Made by a program: the position numbers and the translations under genes. Of a DNA stretch of 64,000 nt, positions 1 through 14,938 are shown in pieces; within the stretch, counting starts at the first letter, position 1, and every line of letters starts with the position of its first letter. Below the pieces are notes generated by a model. It did no database searches and was not told the origin of the DNA. It was given only the letters and a program-made list of their open reading frames with translations. Origin of the DNA: Octopus vulgaris (Eukaryota); contig OX597826.1 of NCBI GenBank assembly GCA_951406725.2, forward strand, positions 62,682,001-62,746,000. Reading direction: 5' to 3'.

Positions 1-19
1 GAGAAAAAGAAATAGTGTT

Positions 20-1340
20 TTTAGTTGGGGAATGCATCAATTACAGATCTTGTAAGCCTCTTGTAAAATACACTACTTTTCATAAATTTTCTATTGCATA
101 TGAAACAACTTCTGCTGCTGGTACTTAAGAATTTACAATGGCATAAATAATGTCTGAAACTGAAAAATCAAATCATGCGTAGGTCAAACACTTGGAAGCA
201 TCTATTTAGTGGTATGGAGTGTTGAAATATTGCGATATTTTCATTTAATTTAATCTTCCATAAGGGTGACTAATCATCACCCATGTTAATTGCTTTCTTC
301 TGTGTTTTTTTATTTGCTTCAAAGAAACTTGATGTTTTCAGGTGAGACTACTAGGTGCGATATTGTATTATTAAAAATGGTTTTGAAATGCTTTCTAAAT
401 TAATATGCTTAGTAAAACCAGCAGTCGCATTGGTGCTCTTAAAATTGGATAAAATTTCGACTGAGATCAATTCAATGTACTTTTTTTACAGATGCATGAC
501 AACCTGTAACAGCTGATTTTAGTTAACTATTTTGGTACAATTTGCAGACATTCATCTGGATTGATTTTAGCTAATCATCTTTCCTTTAATAAAAACAGTT
601 CATATTCACCTCAAGATTATCAGGAAAAAGTTCTTTTCTCCACTCGTGACATGCTTTCAAGTGTATGGTAAGCACTGACAAAACAACGAGATTGCAATTC
701 TTGGCAAAATTTGTATAGATTTTGTAGATTATGTCACAGCTATTGTGTCATATATGCTGAATTCAGATTTAGAGTTATTCCTTCTACATTTAATAACCCG
801 AAGCCCAGCTTTAAGTAAGACTACATATACAGTAGCGACATGTATTAGATGCAGGAAATAAGTTAATCATTGCTGATTCAGTATGTATTTGATATGAAGC
901 CTATTTAAGTTACAACAGAAAGTAAGAAAGCGTAAAGGAACATTTATTTTCCTTCTTTAGTTTCTCTCGTTTCAATGACCGTAGTTTGAGGCAGAGAAAT
1001 GGCTGGTTAAACCGACATGGTTGCAAGGAAATTGAAAGTTCTACTCACATTCCATTATGTAATGATGCAACAGAACGTGTTATGTAAACAATTAAGTCTC
1101 TATTAAAAGGTTACAGTCTATCAATTGGAAATGTTATTGAGTATTTGTTAAAGGTTCTTTTCCACTTGCGTAGTGAATGTGTATATGTAAGTTACATCAA
1201 TCTGGGAAATTATTCGGCAGACAAGTTAAGCGTAAAAGTAAATCGTTTTTACGAGATGTACAAATGTTTCGTTGGAAGGATGAGAGAAGGAATTTTCCCA
1301 CAGGAGCATGCTATCTGATTTATGATAGCAGAACCACAAC
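20..1340 (+). mobile_element. Degenerate Ty3/Gypsy LTR-retrotransposon pol remnant (RNase H, H2C2 zinc finger, rve integrase)
   Basis: Manual translation through stops and frameshifts gives motifs in Gypsy order. ~195-285: EA..LVVWSVEILRYF...VTNHHP (RNase H EALAxVxxVxxLxxF...TDHxPL). ~430: WALKI..FD. ~603-720: YSPQDYQEKVLFSTRD...WQNL (integrase zinc finger region). From 818: RLHIQ*RHVLDAGNKLIIADSVCI*YEAYLSYNRK*ESVKEHL. ~1005-1110: WLNRHGCKEIESSTHIPLCNDATERVM*TIKSLLK (cf. PYHPQSNGxAERxVQTxK). ~1207: KLFGRQVK. Confidence 0.75.
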
Positions 1341-1569
1341 CTTGAATAACTTGTAGATGAAAAAGCTGAGTTAGTGTCAGTTGAGAAATATCCCTCAAAT
1401 AGCTTTCCCCAAGCACATTAACTGATCATGATAATGTTATCAAAGGGACATCACGATCAACTCCCGTTTCCTGTTCAACAACCGATGCATCATAATGTTC
1501 CAGTAAAGTAATCATTATAACAGATTATCGTCATGAATAGTAGAACTGCGACTTGCTAATATTCAATTT

Positions 1570-2700
1570 CCAACATTTCCTAAGCAATCCTGGCAGCAAC
1601 GTCATAATATAGCAATATCACTGTTCAAACTGCAGAATCCCCAAAGGAATTCGCAAGCCACAAAGATAAATTAATTAACACAATACCTAAGGATGTTATA
1701 TTCATAATGACCCAAACAATGACATATTTTTCTCTATATTATATCATGAATATATAATACAGAGGAAAACTAGCAACAGACAGCACATTAAACACTTAAC
1801 ATGACAAAATCCCAACGTCGCTCCAAACACCCAGACGAACAGACCTAACAGAAAATACAAAAACCATCATGGCTTCTGGTGCAACCAAATCTGGGACTCG
1901 AACATCTCATCCAACATTGCAAAACAAGTCTTCGCTGCACTCGATCATTGGTTCCCTAAAGACAGCAAAATATCCGACCGTCACACTATAAAACTGTCCC
2001 ATGATGACTTATTAAAAATGGAGCATCATATTCATAGGATGCTCACAATAACCCAAAAAAATTTACTATGACTCATATAACCAACCTACAGACAATGCTA
2101 ATACCACCCAATTAGTGCATCAAAGTGATAATGACACGAAGTGTAATACCAACCAACCGATAGGAGACAACAGTAATATCTACAATAATTAACCAACGCT
2201 TCACACCAGCAACAATTCAAACAATAGCACGAACACACCCAGAAATAGTAATAATAATAGGATAACCATCACCAGGAATATACTGAATAAAACCAATCCA
2301 TCTAATGTTCGCTGCACAAAACCAACCAATTATGCTCATGCAGAGACAGATCCAAATGTCCCATGAACAATCAATGTATGACCAGAAATGTGGTGTATAC
2401 GTATATATCGGTGAATCGGCCGATATATTCAAATATCGATATCGCAACCACATTGCCAGCTTTCAAAAAATCCTTAAATGGCCTGTACATCACTGGCTGA
2501 TTTTAGCTAGAAATTCAAGAGAGAGAAGACAAATATGACATGACCTGGTCCATAATTAGATATGCGAGTCCCTAAAACACTGCAATCTAAACAACACTTA
2601 ACTGGTGTAAACCTAACAATCACAGCCCGTGTCAATCCTCCTGAATTAAAACCTCATATATTAAAAAAGATCCGAATGACATGTATTTAGAAATGTAACT
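1570..2700 (+). mobile_element. Penelope-like element remnant (RT C-terminal/linker plus GIY-YIG endonuclease), disrupted
   Basis: ~1921-2000: KQVFAALDHWFPKDSK..DRHTIKLS (cf. FLxLIDKHFP...FNRNTIKLSY). 2333-2398: CSCRDRSKCPMNNQCMTRNVVY, the PLE Cys linker. After a frame change, YIGESADIFKYRYRNHIASF (ORF 2305-2538), then KYDMTWSIIRYASP. Confidence 0.8.
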
Positions 2701-3078
2701 TTGCAATCCATAAGAGTATATCTATATAGATGTATGCGTCTATATATGTATGTAAATATGTATGTGAATGGATATATACATATATTTGAGTGTGTGTGCG
2801 TGTGTGTATATGTGTGTTTGTCTTCGTGTGTGTGACTGGATTTATGTATGCATCTATATATATATTTATGCACGTGTGTATATGTATATATGTATATCTA
2901 CATTTCTCCTGTTCTCCATTATTATCTGTCGTTGTTAATAATATATTATATACATATATATATATATGTGTGTGTGTGTGTGCGTGTGTGTGTGATTCTT
3001 GAAATGTTTTGCTTCAGTCTGCCAAAGTCAGTAACAAGATACGCAGCCACAAAGCCAAACTGACCGTTTACACACACA

Positions 3079-3185
<107 letters not shown>

Positions 3186-3429
3186 AACCACGTTTTTATA
3201 TACAAACTCGTAAATACAACTTTCTACTTAATAATAAATTATACCCTAAACAAACAAGCAAATAACCAGAAATTCACACCCACAAAAGAGAATATATCTA
3301 TATATATACTTCTCTAATACCTTCAGATAATCAAAGCCTCGGTCACATGAGAAAGAATGTACACATATATCTGAAACAGAACAAAACAAAACCAAGAGAA
3401 GAGAAGAAACAAAAAGAAGAAGAAAAATC

Positions 3430-4590
3430 CATGGCGACTAACCAGCAGACTTAAAACAAATGAAATCGGTCTGATAAGGTAATTAACTTCCTAATAAGTA
3501 CATGGTTTTCTATCTCGCAAAGGGGAAAACAAACACTTCGTGTCTAAATGAGATTGCCAAAAAAAAAAAAACAACACAAATACTCTACAAGCGAACTGTT
3601 AAGCAGATTCGCAGCAAACTAAGGGTCATTTTGAAAAACTTCGATATATATATTGGTCAAGCACAACAACAGCAACAACAGCCAGAAAACTTTGAACAGC
3701 AACTATATGCAAAACGACAACAACAACAACAACCAAGAAATCATGAAGGGCTACATGCTAAACGAGAAAAACAGCCAGAAAATTAGGAACAGCAGCAACA
3801 ACAGTAAGAGACTCTCCTAAATTCTAGGATAATAGCTAATTTACTGAACGGTAGTATCTTTTCACCTCTCTCTCGCTCACCACTCTCACAGCAGCCACCA
3901 CAATTATCTTCCTCTTCATCGTCATCACCACCGCTGCCACACTCGTCTTCTACCACCTCAAATACTAAAAATAAACCCCTGCTTTCTTCCCCACCATCGC
4001 TACCGCAACAGTCAAAACCTGCCACTACGCTAGCCTCCATATTTCTGCTCAAAGTACAAGGTATCACTCCCTCTATCAATGCACAAAAATGGAAGATCCT
4101 ATTTATTGAGGATTGGGTTGGTAACCATCCATACCACATCGCTTTCTTGATTCTTACCGAGACCCGCCTTGACAACTCCCACTTGGAAGCCGAAGTGAAA
4201 GTGAATAATTTCACAATCATCTGCGCGGATCGATTCGACAGAACGAAGAGTGGAACTATCATTTTCCTGCATGGTTCCTTTTCGGCAGATGGTAAATATG
4301 ACGTTACCAAATGGCTACTGTAAATCGGTCACCGTGCAAAACAAAACCAATGACCTGATAGTAGTTGAGCTGTACAGGCCATCTCAAATACCCATACTGC
4401 GTTTTAATGAATGCCTCAACAGCATTGAGTGCTTTATTCAACAGTGCCATTCTAATAACATAATTAGGATGGGAGATTTTAATTTACCCTGTGTTGAGTG
4501 GCCAACAAACAGTTTGAAATCAGGCACTCCAGCCTCAGCTGCTGACAAAGAAGCAACAAAGTCACTTCTCGACTTTATAAATGAATTCAA
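3430..4590 (+). mobile_element. 5' part of a LINE (Q/S-rich ORF1-like region plus apurinic endonuclease domain, CR1/L2-like), truncated
   Basis: From 4033: ASIFLLKVQG...KWKILF...LILTETRLDNSHLEAEVKVNNFTIICADRFDRTKSGTIIF. After a frameshift, ORF 4250-4654 gives LYRPS...MGDFNLPCVEW...LLDFINEF. These are APE motifs TET, DR, YRP, GDFN. The 5' boundary is approximate. Confidence 0.8.
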
Positions 4591-5246
4591 ATGTCTAGTA
4601 TGTGAACAATTGCGAGACTATGTACTCCAAACCGTTACAGTAACGAGTTTGTAGGGTAACATATAGAGTTGGATGCTTGATAGCATGCTGTTCGGTCATC
4701 TGTATAGCATTCAATCTTTAGGTTTCATGGTTGAACCCACATGCTCTTCCTTATCTAAATGGCTAGTTCTGCCAACCTGACTTTAGTCGTATAACACACA
4801 AGGCTGACATAGATTGCATATCAGAATAGTTTTGCTACTATATTGCTAATAATGGGATCTATATATTGTTTTACTAGTATTAGTCTTATTAATAATAAGA
4901 ATAATGATATTGGTAGCATTAGTGGTAATGATAATGGTAATGATGTTAACTTTAATGACATTTTGTAAATTAATATGAATTAATATAATGTACTCTTGAC
5001 TCTGTATATCTGCATTTGGGTATTAATATGTGTATGTTTTCTACATTGTAATTATCACAATATTAAGTTGAAAAACTGTAACGTTGAATATGGAACATAT
5101 GTATGTTTATTGATTTATATTATTATGTATATGTATATGTATAGGAGTATGAGTATATGCACTCATATGTATATATATATATGATTTATTATGGGTATGT
5201 ACCCACACTTATATAGGTGTATATGTAATTTGGTTTGTATTTCATA

Positions 5247-5373
5247 ATCTCCGAAGAGGCCTTAGGATATTTTTGTAAATGTCTCATTTATAACTACATA
5301 TTGACCTACCACAAATGGCTAATATAAGTAAAATGAGACGTACTTATCTGCATGGCCGAAACAGCTGTAAGAT
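5247..5373 (+). ncRNA. Type I hammerhead ribozyme motif, CCGAAGA (U4C) core, in AT-rich pseudo-LTR-like segment (~4900-5590)
   Basis: ATCT(5247-50)-CCGAAGA-GGCC...GGCC(5354-57)-GAAA-CAGCTG-TA-AGAT(5370-73). Stem II is extended by ATGTCTCATTT(5279-89)/AAATGAGACGT(5331-41). Confidence 0.75.
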
Positions 5374-5586
5374 GTAGTTTATATTTATATTTATATTTAT
5401 TTATATTTATATTCTCTTATACATATTGTACTTATTGTATCATATTACTCCTTTATGCACATGTTTTGTTCTATATTATTATGTTTGACCTTAAAGTTTC
5501 TTATGTGGTGGTTTAATAAAGTATGTGATTGGGTATTATCTGGTAGTTGATATTTGATTTGGATGTATTTCTCCATTTTCTTATTT

Positions 5587-5639
<53 letters not shown>

Positions 5640-7042
5640 ATATACTACACAGGGCTGCACTGAAGAAATGGGAGATATCTTGTTGATATCACCTCAACTA
5701 GTTGTTCTTGTACACACTCCCAACACACATGACAACCGACTGTATTGATAGCATATATGTTAGATAATTTTTTTATTCATTGCGCTAAAATAAAATATTG
5801 TACAATAATTTAATATTGGTCATTACTAAAGATGTAATTATTTGTTCAGATACTGAAAAATTGCTATAAAGCTTATGTCAAATTAATTCCTCTCGATTAC
5901 ATCGCAGTACGAACTTACCGCATATAGCGTAAAAATGTCGATATTTACGTCAAGTAAAGTTAACATGAGATAATCGAACATAGCATAAAAAAGAGATAGT
6001 AATAATAGATAGAAACAAGTAGAAAAACAACAAAAATAAAAGCAGTATAGTTTACATTAATCGCGGAACCATAAATGTAGAAACAAAAGCCAAATTCAAA
6101 CGAATAAATGACTTAGAGGAAGATGTAATCGCCTAACAGCTATAGGGGAAAAAATTAATCTTGGAGAAATAAAATTTTACATAATTGAAAATAAACCATA
6201 AATGAACAAGATATCATCCATCGTTAAAAAAATGCGATGCGATATAACTCACACAAACACATCACAGACACGCACACACACATGCATATAATATTGCATA
6301 TAAATGCAATTTGTAACGTAACGAAAGTCATTAAATATCTACAGATATAATCTTTGACTTAATGTAACAATTCTAGCAAAGATGTTATTTGCTGGCATTG
6401 CTGTTGCCGAAAAAATAAAAATGAAAGGCAAAATTGAAAATACAAAAACCGAAACGAAATGCTACGGCAATACAATATATACAAAACAAAAATAAGATAC
6501 ATTATAAAGTTATATAACATGCCCTATGAAAATGTCACAAGTATCAATCAGGGTTTATATAGGGCTATACAAAATTAAAGAAAAATAATGACTTTACAAT
6601 GAAGAAAGAAACTTTAAGAAAAGATTAGCAAAACTTTAAAAGTGTATGATAGGAGTAGAGGTAATGAAACGAAAATAAAATGTTTGGAAATATCAAATGC
6701 TATCAAATATCAAATGTATTAAAATCTGATCTAAGATTTTATAGTGGATTAAGAATGAAAATCATAAGGATGAATAACAATTCACTGACGGCAGAAATAA
6801 TGGAAATGTTAGGGAAATGTTAGATAAGAAATGTTTTTAATAACAATTGATAAAATATAAAAATGAAAGCAAAACCATTTATGGTAATTTCTCAGACATC
6901 GAAAACAACTAACGGAATAGAGATGACAAAAAATGGTGATAACAGTAAAAGAATCAGCTTGGTTGTCACGGAAATCACTTCGGATAACTATTTATAATAT
7001 ACAAACTTTCTAAATATGTGAGATTCCTCGTATAAGAGTATT

Positions 7043-7442
7043 TATTTCTTTATTGCCCACAGGGGGCTAAACATAGAGGGGACAAAACAAAGGGTTTAAG
7101 TCGATTACATCGACCCCAGTTACTGGTACTTATTTAATCGACCCCGAAAAGGTGAAAGGCAAAGTCGACCTCGGCAGAATTTGAACTCAGAACGTAGCGG
7201 CAGACGAAATACTTATTTCTTTACTACCCACAATGGGGCTAAACACAGAGAGGGCAAACAAGGACAGACAAATTAAGTCGATTATATCGACCCCAGTGCG
7301 TAACTGGTACTTATTTAATCGACCCCGAAAGGATGAAAGGCAAAATCGACCTCGGCGGAATTTTAGCTCAGAACGTAGCGGCAGACGAAATACCGCTAAG
7401 CATTTCACTCGGCGTGCTAACAATTCTGCCAGCTCGCCGCCC
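7043..7442 (-). mobile_element. SINE family A, dimeric copy with target-site duplication
   Basis: Reverse complement of GGCGGCGAGCTGGCAGAA...GAGTTCAAATTCCGCCGAGGTCGACTTTGCCTTTCATCCTTTCGGGGTCGAT...; full unit 7213-7442 plus 5'-truncated unit 7043-7212. TSD GTATAAGAGTATT at 7030-7042 and 7444-7456. Confidence 0.9.
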
Positions 7443-7534
7443 TGTATAAGAGTATTGAGTATTGATAAGAGTATAAGTGTATTGTTACTAAGAGTATTGT
7501 ATTAGAGTATTGATAATTTCTTTGATTCTTTGTG

Positions 7535-7745
7535 ACGAAAAGCTGTCAGAATGGTTCGTACATAGGACAAAATGCAGAGCAGCATTTCTTCTCGCTTTTA
7601 CGGTCTGCATTCAAATCCTGCGTAAGTCACCTTTGACTTCATCCTACCTGTGCTGATGAAATAAAATACCACTCCAGTACTGGAGTCAATATAATTATCA
7701 AAAACCCACCACTAAAGCTACTGGTCTTATACCAATTGTGAAACA
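7535..7745 (+). mobile_element. Old, diverged SINE family A copy
   Basis: AGCTGTCAGAATGGTT...TTCAAATCCTGCG...CTTTGACTTCATCCT...AATACCA...TACTGGAGTCAAT aligns to family A. Confidence 0.6.
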
Positions 7746-7847
7746 TTTGTATGGTGCAAAAACTCAATATGAATACATACATATATCTATGTATGTATGT
7801 ATATATATACATATAATTATATATATATATATATATGTGTGTGTGTA

Positions 7848-9255
<1,408 letters not shown>

Positions 9256-9304
9256 TATATTTGTATGTATGAATGTATGTATGTAGCCATGTATGTGTGT
9301 GTGT

Positions 9305-9338
<34 letters not shown>

Positions 9339-9461
9339 AACGAATAGAAATGTCCTTTCTGATTATTTCTGCACTTTAATAATTAGATGTTTATAAAAGT
9401 CTTAGTGTTTACAAATGTGTATATATAAGTATCTGTATATGCGTATATGTATATCTGTGTG

Positions 9462-9539
<78 letters not shown>

Positions 9540-9544
9540 TAGAT

Positions 9545-9598
<54 letters not shown>

Positions 9599-10629
9599 AT
9601 ATAACATAAATGTGTGAGAGTATGTCTGCGTGTGAGTGCGCGTGCACGTGTATATATATATGTAGGTTGATAGGTAGGTAGGTAGGTTGGTAGTAATGTA
9701 CGTACGCATATATTTTCTTAAGAATTACTCTGATTTCTTTTCTTCAGATTTACTAAGTCACAGCTGCTATAGCAGATCTAATTAATTGAAATTTGAATTG
9801 CTTTATGTGTATTTTCTGAGAAATCTCTCGTTTTCAGATGGATTAAAAAGTGCACTGTGAAACACAGGCATGTCTGATCTATGCCGGTGCATGCGTGTCT
9901 GTCTATATCTCTGCTCCATTCTGTTTCTCTTTTTCTTTCTCTGCCTCTCCATCTGTGGGTCTGTATTCGTTCTGCCTTTTCTAGAATATATATGTCTACA
10001 CTAAGTGTGTGTGAGTGTGTTTGTGTGTGTGCTTGTGTGTGCGTGCGCGTGCTTGAGTGTTTTCCTCGCGACCCGGTCTAAGAATCGAACGCAGGATCTT
10101 GCGATTGTAGTGTAACATCCAAGCAAATAGGGCACGTGGCTTCCCAAAAATATAGCAGAACCGTAAAGCAATTTCTTGTATGTCTTATATGAAGATAAAT
10201 ACTATTAGGAATGCCGTAGTGTACATGAAAGCAGAGATAATTCCTAGCCCTGATTTTTGTACATAAGGGATGATACCGCTCCGAGTTGCTTACATCGTAC
10301 ATGTAGTGAGTTCACAGTGCTACACTTAATCTTATTGAAGAAATGCCATCACAAAAAATTTTGAATACTGTGTAGCTAGAATAATTTTTCATCTTAATAA
10401 GCAAAACAATTTTTTTTTCGCATTTACATGAAAAAAAATGACCATTTCAAATAATAATACCGTGTGGTTTGTTCAATAAAAGTAAAGATAAAACAGAATA
10501 CAGTTGAATGAACATAGTTTTACCTAGTGATAGGAGACATTGATCGACGTGTAAATAAACAGAACGTATAGGGAATTCAAAACCATTGTGAATGATTTAT
10601 ACTTAAAAATCCCAAAGCCTAGAGGAATA

Positions 10630-10664
<35 letters not shown>

Positions 10665-10689
10665 GTATGCATATATTTTGGTATGTACT

Positions 10690-10738
<49 letters not shown>

Positions 10739-10903
10739 GTATATATAAATATATATATGCATATATATATAAATATATATGTATAAATAAATATATATAT
10801 ATATGTATATATATATATAGATAAATATATATAAATACACATATATATATATATCAATACATATATATGTATATACACATAGATATGAATATATATATAT
10901 ATA

Positions 10904-10937
<34 letters not shown>

Positions 10938-12681
10938 AACATATATATATATAAACATATACATATATATATGAATGTATATATACATACATATATACAT
11001 ACATAATGCTTACATACATACATATACATACATACAATATAGAATGCCTGTGGCTTTATGCCTGCGATGTTAGTGTATAAATTTGATATTCCTTTAATGA
11101 ACCTTTAGCAGTTCTTTATTAGCCATTTATATTGAGTTTGGAACAATAAAATTCTTACATTTTTTAACAATTTTCCCTATATTTTTCTACTGGGAATAAT
11201 GTTTGTGGCTTTTGTTATCCTATACAGATATAACACAAAAGTCAATGAACTCCAAGCATGTATTCAAGGCGCCCAAAATTAGGTTTATATTTATTACGTA
11301 GGCTCTCTAAATTTCCTTTAAAACGTTTTATTACATTTAAATTTCTATCTTACAATTAACTGAATTAGAGTACGAATAATGGTTTCATGTTTTTGTTATA
11401 TGTAAGATCTAATCTATCAATATATGAAAGTAAAAGGGATAATTGAATAACTATAAGCTTTCTTTGGGGCTACACTGTATGTAATGTGCATTACCATCCT
11501 TGTTATGGAACAATGAATATGTTATGAAAGGAACTCAGAACAGACCATACGTATTAAAGCGAATCACAAAGCGAACAGTTAGAATATAGTACAAAAACTC
11601 CAGATTTAAAGATCTTCTGATCAATATGGAAACAGATTTAAAGATCTGATCAATATGGAAACACGAGCCTAAAATTCACGTAAAGTGCTTCAGATAACCT
11701 ATGAAAATTACGAAGAGCAAATTCCAATATAAGTTGTTATGCTTATTACATCAGACATAGAAGACTGATACCTTTTTTATGCCAAGTGACTATGCATTTA
11801 CAATGATAAGTTACCATAGCAATGTTCTCTCAGAATACATATAAAAGACTAAACCTGAATAAAACAGCAGCTAACGCAGTCTTAAACCACAGGCTGTTGT
11901 TTAAAAAGAAAATACGCTGTATGTTGTATTCTACGCAAACGATTGCCTGAAGAATAACAGGATGTTCACGGCTGGAACCCCCTGGTCTCTTCAATTAGTG
12001 TACACTTACGGTTGAAAAACAACGAAGATCAATTACTGATCAGTGGATGTTACTGGAGTTTACAATAACATTTTATATGCGATGTTGTTACATCATCAGT
12101 AACAATATCGTTGCTGCGTTAATTAGTAAGACGCTCTGAACTTACACACACACACACACACACACACATACATACATACATACATACATACATACATACA
12201 TACATACATTCATACATACATACATACATACATACATACATACATACATACATACATACATACATACATACATACATACATACATACGTACATACATACA
12301 TATATATATATATATTCTCAAACCTGAAAGTTTAGTGTTGTATAAATGACTTGAAAATGAATATCATTTATCAAAAATAGTTATGCTTGTGGGACAGCAA
12401 ATCTATTACATACAAGTAGTAGGGTTAAAATATTAATGTTTAATATTACAACACTTTTAAATGAGAAGACTCTGAACATTGTGGCTATCATAAAGAAGCG
12501 ACTATGTCTAAGAGCTACCAATTCGTTGCAACACTGAATAGATAATAATATGAGGAATTATAAGACGTTATAAAAGTAATGACAGTGTAGCAGAGATTAA
12601 AGGAAGGCCAGGATGCAAACAAGAATATAACAGACAATGACCTCCTAAGGCATTCTCATCTGATAATTGCTAGGCAACATC

Positions 12682-13103
12682 TTATTTCTTTACTCCCCAC
12701 AAAGGGGCTACACAGAGTGTGGACAAGCAAGGACAGACAAACAGATTAAGTCGATTATATCGACTCCAGTGCGTAACTGGTACTTATTTAATCGACCCCG
12801 AAAGGATGAGAGGCAAAGTCGACCTCGGCGGAATTTGAACTCAGAATGTAACGGCAGACAAAATACCTATCTCTTCACTACCCACAAGGTACTAAACACA
12901 GAGAGAGGACAAACAAAGACAGACAGACAAACGGATTAAGTCGATTATATCGACCTTAGTGCGTAACTGGTACTTATTTAATCGACCCCGAAAGGATGAA
13001 AGTCAAAGTCGACCTCGGCGGAATTTGAACTCAGAACGTAACGCAGACGAAATACCGCTATGCATTTCGCCCGGCGCGCTAACGTTTCTGCCAGCTCGCC
13101 GCC
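12682..13103 (-). mobile_element. SINE family A, dimeric copy inserted in a LINE remnant
   Basis: Full unit 12867-13103 plus truncated unit 12682-12866. Imperfect TSD TAGGCAACATCT (12671) / TAGGCATCT (13105). Confidence 0.9.
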
Positions 13104-13109
13104 TTAGGC

Positions 13110-13795
13110 ATCTGGCAGAGGATGTGCGTTAGACAAGAAACCTCTCGTTATAAACCCCAATATCAATGATGGCGCAGGAATTTCAACACTGAAATCCACT
13201 CTGAATCGGGGTAAAATTTGTAGACCCATTTACATTCCTTTAGGGGATCTTCAGAATCGTGATCTTGATTGAGCAAACCAAGAGAAACTTGCCTCGATGA
13301 AAACCGGCATGACCGTGGTCCATCTCTGTCTCTCTGTCTGTCTCTCTCTCAGTCTCTCTTTCTCTCTATCTATCTATCTCTCTCACTCTTTCCCTCCTTT
13401 CTCTCTACGTCCAGCTGAATCAAGTGGAAATAAACACCCATCAAAGTCAGAGAACTACATGCACCATTGCAAAAATGCTGGAACGCATGTAACAATATGG
13501 GCGTCAACAAATGTCCCATCCTATGAGAGAACCTCGAAACCCAGCACATTACCTTAAGAAATATCATCGATGAGTTGTAAACCAATAAGTTCACAGTAGT
13601 TCTGTGTTTGATTGATTTCAAAACGGTATCATGATGAAGTAGTTGAAGTCTACGGTATCATGATGAAAATAGTTGAAGACCACGCTGTCTTTTCCGAGTT
13701 ATTTCAGACAAAAAAAGTCATGTACGTATTTACAAGAGCCAAAATTGCAATCCTGGACAGCAACAAGGAGGAATTTGACATATTCTCGTCGGTTT
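13110..13795 (+). mobile_element. RTE-clade LINE reverse transcriptase fragment
   Basis: PNINDG...LKSTLNRGK..P..IP (~13157-13245); QHITLRNIIDEL*TNKFTVVLCLIDFK (~13543-13623); IMMKIVEDHAV...MYVFTRAKIAILDSNKEEFDIF (ORF 13612-13827). These match the RT region QxLxLRRIIE...FIDFKKAFD...MMKILKAY...TRAKV..PDG.TEEFDI. It may extend upstream of the SINE to ~12500. Confidence 0.7.
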
Positions 13796-14196
13796 CTTCT
13801 TCCTTATTGACGCGCAAAACGCTCTAAATGCTTGGAGCTGTCGAACTGGGCAAGAGGCAGGTAACAGCAGTCGTTAAAATCAATGATATTTAAATTCTCC
13901 TTCCTTAGAAGGACAAACATTGAATTGATTACTATTCTAAATATGATGTGGTCATAGAGGTGAATATATATTTTCGACATCACTGTTGTGAAGAGTTTGA
14001 ACTGTAAACTATCTGCGGTGGTACACATACCAGGTAAGGTATAAACACCTGATGAGAAATCACTACCAGGTGAGGTACACCCAACTTGACAATGTGCACC
14101 CAGTCAGGATACAAAAGACAGAATTATAGAAAACAAAGAAAATAAAGAAGAATAAAATATATGAGGCACGCTGTATACTCTGTATCTCTGTCTCTG

Positions 14197-14293
<97 letters not shown>

Positions 14294-14938
14294 TTTTGGT
14301 CGTTATACAACTCAACGCCAGCGCATTGACAAAAATATGTTAATCCTTATCAAATACCAACTATGTATACATTCTTAGATTGAAAACAACATCCACCAGC
14401 AACAATAACGCAACTAATGCAATTTTATAGATGGAAAACTGTACTAGATAGATCAAAGACTGTTTCGAGCAATAGGGATATTTGCTATTATTACTACTGC
14501 TAAGAGAGACCCACCTGTTACTAATTTTATCAACCGAATTACAGTAGCATATGGTTTTTATCAGAAAAACATGTGAACTGATATTATAAACATTTCATTC
14601 GTTTCAACTTTTTGACATTTTATTCCAGGATAAAGAGGTCGTATTACACAACCAAAACCGTTAATAGGTGGGTTATACACATATGAGTGGGTTCGATAAC
14701 AGTGCCTTGGAATCCACTTACCTGTAAACGTGAAGGTAGCCAACTATTTTCACATCATTATGCAAACATGTATATAGAATGCGAAATACTCAGAAATTAC
14801 CAACTGACGCTAATAAGCAGAAAATATTACAGTGATCTGGATTAAAGCCCGTATTGGTTGGCCAAAAAAGCGGCTTCCTTCTTCCTGCTCTGCCATAGTA
14901 ACCAAATTTGTAGAGATACCTGACAGCTGATCTGTATT

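Noticed and set aside
6400-7000. A-rich stretch resembling decayed LINE coding sequence
   Set aside because: No diagnostic motif could be read.
14049-14060. CTGATGAGAAA (also CTGATGAG at ~18349 and CTGACGAG at ~43895)
   Set aside because: No paired stems II/III; 18349 is mariner coding sequence.
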